IMG/VR virus record: IMGVR_UViG_3300009514_000001
Span: 1 to 64,000 of that record
Reading direction: 5' to 3' (one strand)
DNA length: 64,000 bases
The notes below the pieces were generated by a model that was not told where the DNA came from, did not search any database, and saw nothing but the letters and a program-made list of their open reading frames with translations. Position 1 is the stretch's first letter. Each line of letters begins with the position of its first letter. Shown piece by piece: positions 1 through 9,367 of the stretch. The position numbers and the translations under genes were made by a program.

Positions 1-160
1 GAAGCTGTGCCAGTCCGACCTGACGGAGGTACCCTGGTAGTAAGCTCCCGGCCCAACGGTGAGGGCGCGTAAGGCGGCGCAAGCCGCTGGACGACTCCCG
101 AGGAACTGTCCCGTTTAGAACGGTGGAGGACAATCGCCAAGCGCATCGATAGGGACGTGC

Positions 161-1054
161 CTAGTGCTCTAGAATGAGTCTCATCTCCTCATCCGACAGG
201 CCTTGCTCAAGCTGACGAGCAACGTGGAGCACCATGCGCTCCATGATTTTCTGGGCGGCCTCGTCGGGTCCCTCGCCTTCGGCAGCTGTCAGTCCACGCA
301 CGAATTCCATCGCCGGACCCAGACCCGGGATGTCGGAGGTGGAGAAGGGGAGTTTGTCGGCCAGGCCACCGCCCGTGGCGAAGCTCTCTGCGGTCTCCCC
401 GTGAAGGAAGATGTCGTCGGCGACTCCACTGACCGCCTTGATGCCAATGTGAAGGCTCAGACTGTGGAGGAGTGCTTTGCTCGCTCCCCAGGCCGCACCG
501 CCACCCATCGCCCCCAGGACCGTCCCGGCGACATAGACGCCCGTCCCATACAGCGTCTTCATCTCGGCCTTGGTCGGCTTGCGCTTCTCCTTGAGGAGCT
601 TGGCGACGATGACCGGGGTGTCGACAACCACCGACTTGACCTCGCCCTTGGCCGATTTCCAGAGCTGAGAGGCAGCAGCCCCCGGGGCCTTCTTGATCCT
701 GGAGGCCGCACTCTTCATGGCCTTGCCGCGGAACGCCTTGTCGGTGACGAGATTCTGGACGTGCTCTGAGGCCCCCTTGAGCTTGACCTTCGCAGCGGGT
801 TTGAGGCCCTTCACGAAGGTGAGAATCCGAGACCCCAGGCCGCCTTTGCTCCCGCCACCGTCTCCGGTGTCCTTGGGGCCCCCTTCGAGGCGGGACTGCC
901 AGTCGGCCTTGCTCAGGGGCTTCTTGCCCTCGCGCTTCTTGCGCTTGACGTAATCCTGGTAGGAGGCCGCCTGGAACGCCCTAGACGCAACGCGCTGGGC
1001 GATGGCGACGCGCTGGGCCATCTCTTGGGCTTCTCTGGGGGTGATGGTCGACAT
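161..1054 (-). CDS. Hypothetical protein, possibly virion-associated (N-terminal AQRVA/IAQRVASR motif)
   Basis: 297-aa ORF with GGAGG RBS; shares the IAxRVA motif with several other ORFs in the window. Confidence 0.6.
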   Translation of the reverse strand: MSTITPREAQEMAQRVAIAQRVASRAFQAASYQDYVKRKKREGKKPLSKADWQSRLEGGPKDTGDGGGSKGGLGSRILTFVKGLKPAAKVKLKGASEHVQNLVTDKAFRGKAMKSAASRIKKAPGAAASQLWKSAKGEVKSVVVDTPVIVAKLLKEKRKPTKAEMKTLYGTGVYVAGTVLGAMGGGAAWGASKALLHSLSLHIGIKAVSGVADDIFLHGETAESFATGGGLADKLPFSTSDIPGLGPAMEFVRGLTAAEGEGPDEAAQKIMERMVLHVARQLEQGLSDEEMRLILEH

Positions 1055-1204
1055 CTTTTCCTCCTACACCAGAGGAGACTATCGAACCAATCTCCAAGAA
1101 CGACGAAAGGAGCCGCATCTTTCGATGCCGCTCCTTCTGCCTGAGCCTAGCGCTAGCTCCCGTTCGACCTACGCGCAGAGGTCGTCAACAAGAAAATGAA
1201 AGTG

Positions 1205-1233
1205 GGTCCATTTTAGTTTCTCCGGACGTATTA
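1205..1233 (+). promoter_or_regulatory. Putative phage promoter GGTCC-N18-GTATTA
   Basis: One of nine intergenic or gene-junction copies with exact 18-nt spacing; upstream of ORF 1291. Confidence 0.65.
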
Positions 1234-1290
1234 GGAGGGACATGGCCTCGACCCGTCGGAGGCCGTCAGAACCTGACTAAGGAACTAGCG

Positions 1291-3216
1291 ATGAGTGACG
1301 AAATTCTCCCAGATGTCATCCCGAACGTAGCTCACCTTCGTGATGACGATGATGGCGACAACCTTGCGGTTGGCCAGTGGTACTGGACTGTCGTCAAAGA
1401 CGAGAGGTGGTTGGGATGTTTGGTTCACATCGGTTCGAACTATGTCCAGGTTCAGCGCGTCGGCGTTGAACACTTCACGAGCGTTCGCATCCACCTGGAC
1501 GAGTTCCACAAGCACTGCGTGGAGCCCGAGAACGAGCCCAACGTCTACATCGGCCAGAAGGTCGAAGAGCACCGCCACCAGGTCCAGGGGCTGATGGGCC
1601 GCGTCAAGCAGCTTTGCGCCAAGTTCGGTCTCACCCCGGCTGGTGCACTCCCCGCCGAGTCCAGCCAGACATCGGGCGCACTCGTGGTGGCCCACGGTGT
1701 CTCCGACATCCAGAAGCATCGCTCCGACCTGGTCAAGGCCAAGGAGGAGACCCTCCCGAACCTGTTCAAGGAGATCGAAAAGCACCACCGCCAGATGGCG
1801 AACTGGATGAAGGCCGAACTCGCACCCCTCAAGGCGAACGAGAACGTTCTCAAGGCCCAGACACGTGGCCTGGAGGACCAGATTTTCACCGTCGACCTGT
1901 ACGCTGGCCTCTCGGAGGAGCTGGTCCTCCTCAGAGATGGCAAGCCGGCCCCGGACGAGGAGAAGATTCGCCTCTACCAGCGCCGCCACTACATGGACGA
2001 GGAGTGTCTACTCCAGTACGAGTCCGGGGGGATGGACTTCAGGGGCATCGGGTCCTTCGACCAGTGGCTCATGAAGGATGAGAACCGGGAGCGGATTCTC
2101 CCCAAGCCCCGGTGTATCGTGGCCTTCCGGGTGCGGCGCCACAATAAGGAGCGCGAGGTCCTGTCCCTGTCCGACTTGTCCCTGTCCGACTTCATCACCT
2201 TCCAAGGGTTCGATGAGGCGGACAAGTGGACGTTCCTCTACCTGCGCAACGGGGACCGGTACTTCAGACTCTCAACGACCATCGAGTTCGGTGAGCGCCT
2301 CTTCCCCGACATCGGGCGGTCCAAGCTCCTCGGCGGCGAGGAGCTGTACATCATGCCTGGGTGGACTCGCTCTAGCGAATGCCTCATCACCGAGCGTGAG
2401 CTGATTGCCAAGCGTGAGAAGGAGGCGAAGGAGAGGGCCAAGTACGAGGATAAGCTGGCTGCCTGGAAGAAGGCTGACCCGAAGGCTCGGGGCCTCCGCC
2501 CCCATCTCTGGTTGGGCTCCAGGCCTTCGTCCGAGAGGTACGAACCGCTCAACCAGGACAGCGTCTACTATGATGACGCGATGGCCGAGATTCACAAGGC
2601 CGCCCGGGACCATAATCGCGTCTCTGTCGTTCTCCAAGGTCTCCTTGACCGGTCGACCGCGTTCCAACCACATCCCCCCTGGCGCCTGTGGACAATCGAG
2701 GGGTTCCAGGGAGCTGTCGAGCTTATCTACAACGACTCTCGGGGTCTCGTTGCGGGCGAGAAGCCGGACTTCGAGGCTTTCCGGAAACGGCTCAACGCCA
2801 CACTCAAGAGAGGGTCGAAGACGGTCGGCCAGGAGTACTTCTGGCTGAGGCGGGAGGCGAAGAAGGAGAACGACCGAAGGGGCGACTCGTTTCCCTACAC
2901 CACGTTCCAACCCTATGGAAATCCTGGTCCTGGGGTCGTCGCCGAAGTCAGTGGGATGAGCAGGGACAAGACCAAGGTGAAGTTCACCTGGGAGCGGAAG
3001 AGGTTGAGCTACGGGTACGACCGTAGCCCCATACGCTGCCACCTCGAAGTCCCCATCGACCGCGTCCTGAATGTGGACGCCTACGAGCCGGGGTCTTACC
3101 AGCAATTCTACCGCGACCATAGAACACGCGCGGAGTACCTGAAGTGGGCTCCACTGCTGCTGGCCTGCGAGGACCACTACCAAGAAAAAGCGAAAAAAAG
3201 CGACATGCGTTCATAG
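1291..3216 (+). CDS. Large hypothetical protein (coiled-coil N-terminal half)
   Basis: 641-aa ORF with consistent GC3-rich codon usage; in-frame 15-bp duplication at 2162-2191. Confidence 0.75.
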   Translation: MSDEILPDVIPNVAHLRDDDDGDNLAVGQWYWTVVKDERWLGCLVHIGSNYVQVQRVGVEHFTSVRIHLDEFHKHCVEPENEPNVYIGQKVEEHRHQVQGLMGRVKQLCAKFGLTPAGALPAESSQTSGALVVAHGVSDIQKHRSDLVKAKEETLPNLFKEIEKHHRQMANWMKAELAPLKANENVLKAQTRGLEDQIFTVDLYAGLSEELVLLRDGKPAPDEEKIRLYQRRHYMDEECLLQYESGGMDFRGIGSFDQWLMKDENRERILPKPRCIVAFRVRRHNKEREVLSLSDLSLSDFITFQGFDEADKWTFLYLRNGDRYFRLSTTIEFGERLFPDIGRSKLLGGEELYIMPGWTRSSECLITERELIAKREKEAKERAKYEDKLAAWKKADPKARGLRPHLWLGSRPSSERYEPLNQDSVYYDDAMAEIHKAARDHNRVSVVLQGLLDRSTAFQPHPPWRLWTIEGFQGAVELIYNDSRGLVAGEKPDFEAFRKRLNATLKRGSKTVGQEYFWLRREAKKENDRRGDSFPYTTFQPYGNPGPGVVAEVSGMSRDKTKVKFTWERKRLSYGYDRSPIRCHLEVPIDRVLNVDAYEPGSYQQFYRDHRTRAEYLKWAPLLLACEDHYQEKAKKSDMRS

Positions 3217-3255
3217 TTGGCCTGGTGGGCGGGCTTACTGGAGTGAAGGGCGGCC
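3208..3255 (+). repeat. Conserved upstream element, copy 1 (CGTTCATAGTTGG..GGGCGGGCTTA.TG..TGAAGGG.CGGCC); copy 2 at 7877-7928
   Basis: Two near-identical ~48-nt intergenic blocks, each followed by an ACAACC(C)GAGAGG leader. Confidence 0.7.
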
Positions 3256-3287
3256 AAAGGGGCTGCTCACAACCGAGAGGCAACACC

Positions 3288-3765
3288 ATGACTAACTAAC
3301 GATACTCCCCTAGCAATCCAGTCCCTCCAGCGCGCGTACAACGGCTCCAACGAGGTCCGCTCCGAGCTAGTCATCCTCAACACCACCGGCGATGTCGACC
3401 CGCTCAACTACGGAGGGGGTGTCGTATTCGAGCGGTCCGAGACAGACACCGTCGAGTGGTGGTTCTGGTCCGGATGTGACGAGATGTACGGCGCCCCCGA
3501 CGACGAGCTGGACGCCAAGTTCAAGGTCTACCGACTCACCGTGCCGGACAACGTGCACGAGGAGTACGACTGGGCCGAGTGGAAGAGCATCAGCTCCTTC
3601 ACGGGCGCCGAGGACATCTGCAAGATGGCCGAGAGCAGTGACCTCCAGGAACGCCTCGTCGCTCTGGAGGCAGTCAAGAGCTACCACGGACCCGACGTCT
3701 TGGACTTCTACCCCGTCACGATGACCGGCCGCGAGCTGGCCCGGAAGTTCGGACTTGACAACTAA
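3288..3765 (+). pseudogene. Hypothetical gene broken at codon 4 by a 4-bp duplication (TAAC TAAC)
   Basis: ATG ACT AAC TAA after a strong GAGAGG leader; removing one TAAC joins the ATG to the long frame ending at 3765. Confidence 0.65.
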
Positions 3766-3819
3766 CCCACTGACGAGTGCTGCTGGGGAGCAGCCGAAAC
3801 GCCCCTCGGGGCGTCTGGG
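3766..3819 (+). ncRNA. Type I hammerhead ribozyme
   Basis: CCCA-CUGACGA-G(U)GCUGCU/AGCAGC C-GAAA-CGCCC/GGGCG-UC-UGGG: complete core, three stems, GUC cleavage triplet ending at 3815. Confidence 0.8.
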
Positions 3820-3841
3820 ACCCACTAACCACAGGAGAAGC

Positions 3842-4078
3842 ATGCTTGATAGTTCCACCCTGAACATCCTTCGTTCACAACATCCAGAGTTCACCTGGCA
3901 GGCCATCAAGGGAGCCGGCGTGATTGGCGCGAGAGGAACGAAGGACGAGGAGACCATCGAGGTCTTCTTCTGGGCCGACACCCACCAGTGGGTTGCCCAA
4001 CACAATGGCGGCAGCCTCACTCTGGGAAACCACTACACGGCCTGTCAGGCGGTCGATGAGACCCTCGCAACCGACTAG
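3842..4078 (+). CDS. Small hypothetical protein
   Basis: AGGAG RBS, ATG at 3842, directly downstream of the hammerhead. Confidence 0.55.
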   Translation: MLDSSTLNILRSQHPEFTWQAIKGAGVIGARGTKDEETIEVFFWADTHQWVAQHNGGSLTLGNHYTACQAVDETLATD

Positions 4079-4086
4079 GAGATGCA

Positions 4087-4608
4087 ATGAAATACGACGA
4101 ACGACACTACACCATGGCCCGCCAGGCGGCGGCTGTGGCTCACCAGGGGCAGACCTACGAGATTTTCCCCTACACCATGCACCTCGACCTCGTCGTCGAC
4201 GTCATCAAGCGACACGGCCTCTCCGGTCCGTTCATCGTCGCCGGGTACCTTCACGACGCGATGGAGGACGGGGCTCTGACCTACTCCAAAATCAAGCGCT
4301 ATTTCGGTGAGAAGGTCGCCGAGATGGTTCTCGCGGTCACTGACGAGATCGGACGCAACCGCAAGGAGAAGAAGACCCGAACCTTGGCCAAGATTGCCGG
4401 AAATGAGGACGCCACCATCCTCAAGTTGGCCGACCGCATCGCCAACGTGGAATTCGGCAAGGAGTTCGGGGGCAAGGTCGACATGTATCGCAAGGAGTAC
4501 AGGGCGTTCCGCCAGGCACTCTACAATCTCGACCACTCACGGGCTTGTCCCCTCTGGCGAGACCTGGACGTGTTGATGGGCTGGGTGGGTGAGGAAATCG
4601 ATGGCTAG
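4087..4608 (+). CDS. HD-domain protein of the RelA/SpoT hydrolase (small alarmone hydrolase/Mesh1-like) type
   Basis: AH.GQ....PY..H, LHDAMED (HDxxED) and KLADRIAN motifs. Confidence 0.85.
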   Translation: MKYDERHYTMARQAAAVAHQGQTYEIFPYTMHLDLVVDVIKRHGLSGPFIVAGYLHDAMEDGALTYSKIKRYFGEKVAEMVLAVTDEIGRNRKEKKTRTLAKIAGNEDATILKLADRIANVEFGKEFGGKVDMYRKEYRAFRQALYNLDHSRACPLWRDLDVLMGWVGEEIDG

Positions 4609-4846
4609 CTTTGATTTCCACACCCTCTACGTGGTCTGCTACCCCGGACCACACTGCCCCCAACCCTTCGACGAGAGGGTCTACACTGACCGCGTCGAGG
4701 CCGAGAAGGTGGCCGCCTACGCACGCAAAGCGAAGGGTCTTGGCGTTCGTCCATATAAGGACGCCAAGGTCCTGTCGCTCGGCGACTTCATCTCGGACGT
4801 CCGCACCGAGGCCCTCGACGCCACCCGAGGAGACCACTGCTGGTGA
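4601..4846 (+). CDS. Small hypothetical protein
   Basis: GAGG RBS; overlaps the stop of the previous gene. Confidence 0.5.
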   Translation: MASFDFHTLYVVCYPGPHCPQPFDERVYTDRVEAEKVAAYARKAKGLGVRPYKDAKVLSLGDFISDVRTEALDATRGDHCW

Positions 4847-5164
4847 CCCCCATGAAGATTCGACTGACCTGCCCTCGCCGACGGCGAGGTCTGTGCCGGG
4901 GCTCTCAACTGGGACGAGCCCCAGGAGAGGAAAGATGCTGAGCGAGCCGACGCCTGGATTACCCAAGCGGTCGAGAACCACATTAAGCGCTGCAGCGGAG
5001 CGTACTAGTCAAAGATCTAGGTGGGATGCCGGATCTCGGTGATCGCATCCTACCCGAAGTGTAATGCGCCCTGTGGAGGTGTGGATCGACGAAGAGGGTT
5101 ACTACAGACTATCAATCTACTCCAAGGACACTTCACCCGCGGGGCGTTACCCCGAGAGGACGAC

Positions 5165-5449
5165 ATGAGAGAAGACCTACAGCAGGCAGTTCGAGAGCTT
5201 CACGAAACGGACCCGCGCCGAGAGGCGTGGAACTTGTTCGAGGTGGTCGGCTCGAGCCAGAGACCCAACAAGTTCGAGATCGAAAAGGTCGACCTCCCAG
5301 AAGTCGAGTGCGAGGAGTTTGAGGCCGATGACGACGCGGCCACATACGTGGCCGAGCGCCTCATGGAGGTACACGGCGGGAACAGGTGGGCCGACCATCC
5401 CTCGTGCGCACAGTGTAGGTTGTGCCTCATCCGCGCACTCTACCCATGA
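5165..5449 (+). CDS. Hypothetical protein
   Basis: GAGGA RBS, ATG at 5165, phage-like codon usage. Confidence 0.5.
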   Translation: MREDLQQAVRELHETDPRREAWNLFEVVGSSQRPNKFEIEKVDLPEVECEEFEADDDAATYVAERLMEVHGGNRWADHPSCAQCRLCLIRALYP

Positions 5450-5827
5450 AGATCCACGGCGACCAGATCAGGTACTGGTCTGTGTTCGATCAAATGCCGG
5501 AGATACTTCGAGGACTTTTATTCTGGCGCGGATGCTGATGATTAGAGCTTTCTGAGCGTCCTGGTCGACGTATCCGAGATGGTCCGAGAGGCCGGAATCA
5601 CGTTCCCTACGGCCATGATGGCCCGAGAGGCCGGAATCACGTTCCCTACGGCCATCACACGCCGCCTGTAGGGACGAAAGGTAAACACGGCGAGGATCTG
5701 ACTGAAACCAACCAACCACTGGGGTGATGTCTTCTGGGGTGTCTGCAAGGGAGTGGGCCAGAACAAGCTGGGCCACATTTTGATGCAGGTGCGCCAGGAG
5801 CTACGCTCCCAACTCCAACAGGAGTGA
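5446..5827 (+). pseudogene. Decayed NADAR (YbiA-like) gene
   Basis: Fragments FLS..GITFPTA and ETN-HWGDVFWGVCKGVGQNKLGHILMQVRQEL in broken frames, with duplications at ~5584-5655 and ~5707. Confidence 0.7.
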
Positions 5828-5830
5828 CCC

Positions 5831-6433
5831 ATGTTCGCAATGTTCACAATGTACGACCCTCACGAGTTCGCCGAGGCCATCGAGGTCCCGGTGGAGGAGT
5901 GGCCAGGTCGGTGCTTCGAGATCGCCTGCCTCATCGTCAAACGTGCGTTGGTCGAGGGTACACCGGTCTATGGACACTGGCTCGGGCCGGTCCATCCGGA
6001 CAACGGCACGTTCGACCCCAAGCGTTCCTTCCAGCGTCATGGCTGGGTTGTGGATGACGACGGTGAGATCATCGACCCCACCCGGTGGGTGTTCGAGAAC
6101 CGCACCCCCTACATCTTCGCTGGCCCCAACGAAGATGGCTTCTACGACGAAGGGGGCAACAAGTTCAGGGACCTGTACCGGAGGCCCTGTCCGTCCCCGG
6201 ATGCTCACGACCAGTTCCCGGACTTCCAGGTCGTGGGTGAGGCCAGGGACTTCTGTATCGCCCAGATGGGCCCACCACCCTGGAACGTCCTCCAGGTGGG
6301 CTGGCTCGCCAACCTCAACCCCCAGCCCCTCGGCGACCTTGCCCCGGTCCTTCACCAGGCCATCAAGGACGCCGGGTGGTCTGGATTCATCCCCATCGAC
6401 AACCGTCTATGGGTCGAGCGCACCTTCGGGTGA
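5831..6433 (+). CDS. Hypothetical protein
   Basis: 200-aa ORF with good codon usage and GGAG RBS. Confidence 0.65.
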   Translation: MFAMFTMYDPHEFAEAIEVPVEEWPGRCFEIACLIVKRALVEGTPVYGHWLGPVHPDNGTFDPKRSFQRHGWVVDDDGEIIDPTRWVFENRTPYIFAGPNEDGFYDEGGNKFRDLYRRPCPSPDAHDQFPDFQVVGEARDFCIAQMGPPPWNVLQVGWLANLNPQPLGDLAPVLHQAIKDAGWSGFIPIDNRLWVERTFG

Positions 6434-6446
6434 GCTTGGAGGCCGT

Positions 6447-7034
6447 ATGACTGAAGAAGGCCATCCCAATTACCCCTTCAAGGCGGAGCCCGGGCGGGGG
6501 AATAGAAGTCACTGGAACCCCATCAGCTGTCGCTGTCGCTGAATACGTCTACGACTTCCTCATCGAAGAGGGAGAGCGTAGGTTGAAAGAGTACAGGGAA
6601 AACGGAGGGGTTGGCTGCTCTCCGACCTCGACACCTGGCACCAGTGCCGGGACCACTACGACGACCAGCCCCACCCCGAGATGGACATCTACTGTGACTG
6701 TGGGTGTGGCACCGAGGGCCTCTGCGAGGAGGAGGCCATTCGCTGGCAGGCCGAGGCCGCCGTCAGTCGGGTTCAGACACTGGCTGAGAAGCCGATGCTG
6801 CGAGAGGCCGTTCTAGTCACGCCTGAACTTGTCCGCCGGTTCGAAACCATCCAAGGCGGGCTCGGCTCTTTCGATGACTCCGAGGCCATCCTGGCCGCCG
6901 CCGAGCGTCGGGGAGTTTCGGTCGAGCAGAACGGCCGCGGCGAAAGAATCGGCCTCCGGCGCAGGTACGACGCCCTCGGCGACTACACGCCCGTGTTCAT
7001 GACTGACAAAGATGACGACGACATCCCCTTCTGA
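6447..7034 (+). pseudogene. Frameshifted hypothetical gene (CxC..C motif in the C-terminal frame)
   Basis: Coding-like sequence continues across three frames to the stop at 7034. Confidence 0.4.
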
Positions 7035-7047
7035 GAGGCAACACACC

Positions 7048-7344
7048 ATGGACACTCCCAAGCGCATCATCCTAGTCCACGACCTAAATCCTGACAGCCA
7101 GGGTCGGCAGTCCTTCACCATGCTTTGGCCGGACGACCGGCTGTTCCTCCTCGGCAAGGAGAAGGCGGAACAGATGAGAAAGAAGGGCCGCACCCAGTAC
7201 GTCCGCGGCCAAGGTTTCTTCGCCAAGGTCGAGGACCACACGAGACCTGGAGACCTCGTCCTCGACGACTTCAACAACACCCGCTTAGAGGAGGCCAAGG
7301 GTCTTCTCCTCCCGGAGAACCATCATGTCACTTCCACGGATTAA
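7048..7344 (+). CDS. Hypothetical protein
   Basis: Preceded by the GAGAGGCAACACACCATG leader. Confidence 0.6.
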   Translation: MDTPKRIILVHDLNPDSQGRQSFTMLWPDDRLFLLGKEKAEQMRKKGRTQYVRGQGFFAKVEDHTRPGDLVLDDFNNTRLEEAKGLLLPENHHVTSTD

Positions 7345-7873
7345 CGCTCACAGCGTCAAACGATGCGTAGGTGAGGTTATCAATTTCATTCTCGACCCGG
7401 ATTTCCCCTTCGAGTTCAACCCCGCCTACCAGCGAGGTGCCGTCTGGAGCGTCGAGCAGAAACGCAACCTCTGGAAGTCTCTCCTGATGGGGCTTCCGGT
7501 GGGGGCGGTGTTCATTAACCAACGGGGGGACCACTCCTTCGGAGCCGAGAAAACCTATCACGTCGTCGACGGCCAGCAGCGCCTGCGAGCCCTGCTGGAG
7601 TTCCGCCAAGGTCTCTACGGCCTCCCCCGCGACTGGTTCGAAGACGACTGGGTAGCTCCTGACTACGAGGGCGAGTTCGTCACCTTCGACGGCCTCTCTC
7701 GGAATGGTTGGTCCTGTATCCGCAAAGAGGCCACCATCATCTGGCTGGAGACCACCCTGAAGACCGAGGCCGAGGAGGCCGAGATGTACCTCCTTATCAA
7801 CTTCGGCGGAGTCGAGCAGACGGCGGAAGACCGCTCCAGGGCTGAGGATGTCGCTTTTTCACAAGAAAAGTGA
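7325..7873 (+). CDS. Stand-alone DUF262 (ParB-like, GmrS/SspE-type) domain protein
   Basis: PAYQRGAVW, LLMGLPVG and VVDGQQRL motifs. Confidence 0.8.
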   Translation: MSLPRINAHSVKRCVGEVINFILDPDFPFEFNPAYQRGAVWSVEQKRNLWKSLLMGLPVGAVFINQRGDHSFGAEKTYHVVDGQQRLRALLEFRQGLYGLPRDWFEDDWVAPDYEGEFVTFDGLSRNGWSCIRKEATIIWLETTLKTEAEEAEMYLLINFGGVEQTAEDRSRAEDVAFSQEK

Positions 7874-8064
7874 CCTCGTTTCATAGTTGGTCCTCTGGGC
7901 GGGCTTAGTGACATGAAGGGGGCGGCCCCCACAACCCGAGAGGAGACGAGATGTCCGCCAACTACTGGCAAAAAGGTCCATTCGGATACACCGCCACAAT
8001 CAGTGGAATCGCTGGTCGCTCTGTCGAGAGGGAGAGTTCCTCGAGACGGCCGATACCCTGAAGG

Positions 8065-8196
8065 TGACGATGGCCCGCGGCGGCGGGCCGAAACGCCCTC
8101 ACGGGCGTCTGGGACGCAAACACCCACCCATGACGATGGCCCGCGGCGGCGGGCCGAAACGCCCTCACGGGCGTCTGGGACGCAAACACCCACCCA
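8065..8196 (+). repeat. Perfect 66-bp tandem duplication containing a hammerhead-like fold
   Basis: 8065-8130 equals 8131-8196; contains UGACGA, the stem GGCCCGC/GCGGGCC, GAAAC, CGCCC/GGGCG and UCUGGG as at 3766. Confidence 0.8.
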
Positions 8197-8464
8197 CAAC
8201 CCGAGAGGCAACACCATGAGCTACGAGAAACGAGACGAGAGAATGGAAGCAGCCCTCAACCGCTTCCGCGCCAACACCCGACGACGCCGCCGCAACCGAC
8301 GCCGGGTCGAGGCCCGGGACCGCAAGGAAGAGCGCTTCCGCGACGTCGACCCGCACCTCGCCCCGAGCAGTATCGCCTGCACCGACGAGGTCTGACACCC
8401 TTCTCCTGTCCACTGGAATTCTAGTGGACAGGAGAACGCACCCAACACCCCGAGAGGCAACACC

Positions 8465-9065
8465 ATGTCAGCTACCGACACCCGACCCGTCGTCCTGTCC
8501 TACGGACTCGGCGCCGACTCCACCGCCATCCTGCTTCGCTGGCTCCTCGACCCGTCGAGCCGTAACTTTGACCTGTCCCAGCTCATCGTCGTCACGGCGA
8601 TGGTCGGCGACGAATTCGACGAGACCGGTCGTCTCGTCGAGGAGCACATCCTCCCCATCATCCGCGAGATCAACGAAGAGCTTCGCAAGCAAGGCCGGCA
8701 TCCGGGTAGCTCAGGTCGCCCGAGGCGGTCGCCTGGAGAAAGACGGCATCGTCGTCCTGGACGACTCCACCAACCCCGAGAAGCTCCACCTCAAGGGCGC
8801 CTACAAGCTCAGTGACGAGCTTCGCCACGCCCTCACCGTTCCCCAGTTCCGGGCCTACGCCCGCAAGTCCCACTCGGCCAGCGACGAGGACCGGCCCCAG
8901 GAGGACAGGAACGAGGCCCACGAGATGGCCAGGATGTTCGCCGCTCTCGAACACGAGGGCATCAAGCCCTGGGAGATTTCCTTTGGCTACCACGACTGTC
9001 CGGAGAGCGTCCTGGGGATTTGCTACCACCAGACCATCGCCAAGGAGTGGTGTGACGTGAGCTAA
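8465..9065 (+). pseudogene. PAPS-reductase-like (adenine nucleotide alpha-hydrolase) gene, frameshifted and truncated
   Basis: N-terminal VVLSYGLGADST PP-loop motif; frame change near 8695. Confidence 0.55.
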
Positions 9066-9082
9066 ACCCGAGAGGTGTCACC

Positions 9083-9367
9083 ATGTCCCGCAAGAAGAAG
9101 AGCAACAAGCAACGACGAGAGCGGCGGGAGCGCCTGAGGGTTCGTCGCCAAGAGCGTTTCGACAACGCCCCTCAGGCCCCCGCTCGCCCCTTCTTTCTGG
9201 GCAAGTCCAGGAAGGGCGACGAGGCGGAAGTTTGCTTTGACTTCCGCGACCAACCTGAGATCGAAGTCGACTTCGAGGATGCAGAGGACCCGGGGGAAGC
9301 CATCAAGGAGGCCTCCCTGCGGAATCAATGGTCTGAGCTGGACCACACCACCAAAGGTGAGGCCTAG
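9083..9367 (+). CDS. Small basic/acidic hypothetical protein
   Basis: GAGAGG leader and ATG. Confidence 0.5.
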   Translation: MSRKKKSNKQRRERRERLRVRRQERFDNAPQAPARPFFLGKSRKGDEAEVCFDFRDQPEIEVDFEDAEDPGEAIKEASLRNQWSELDHTTKGEA

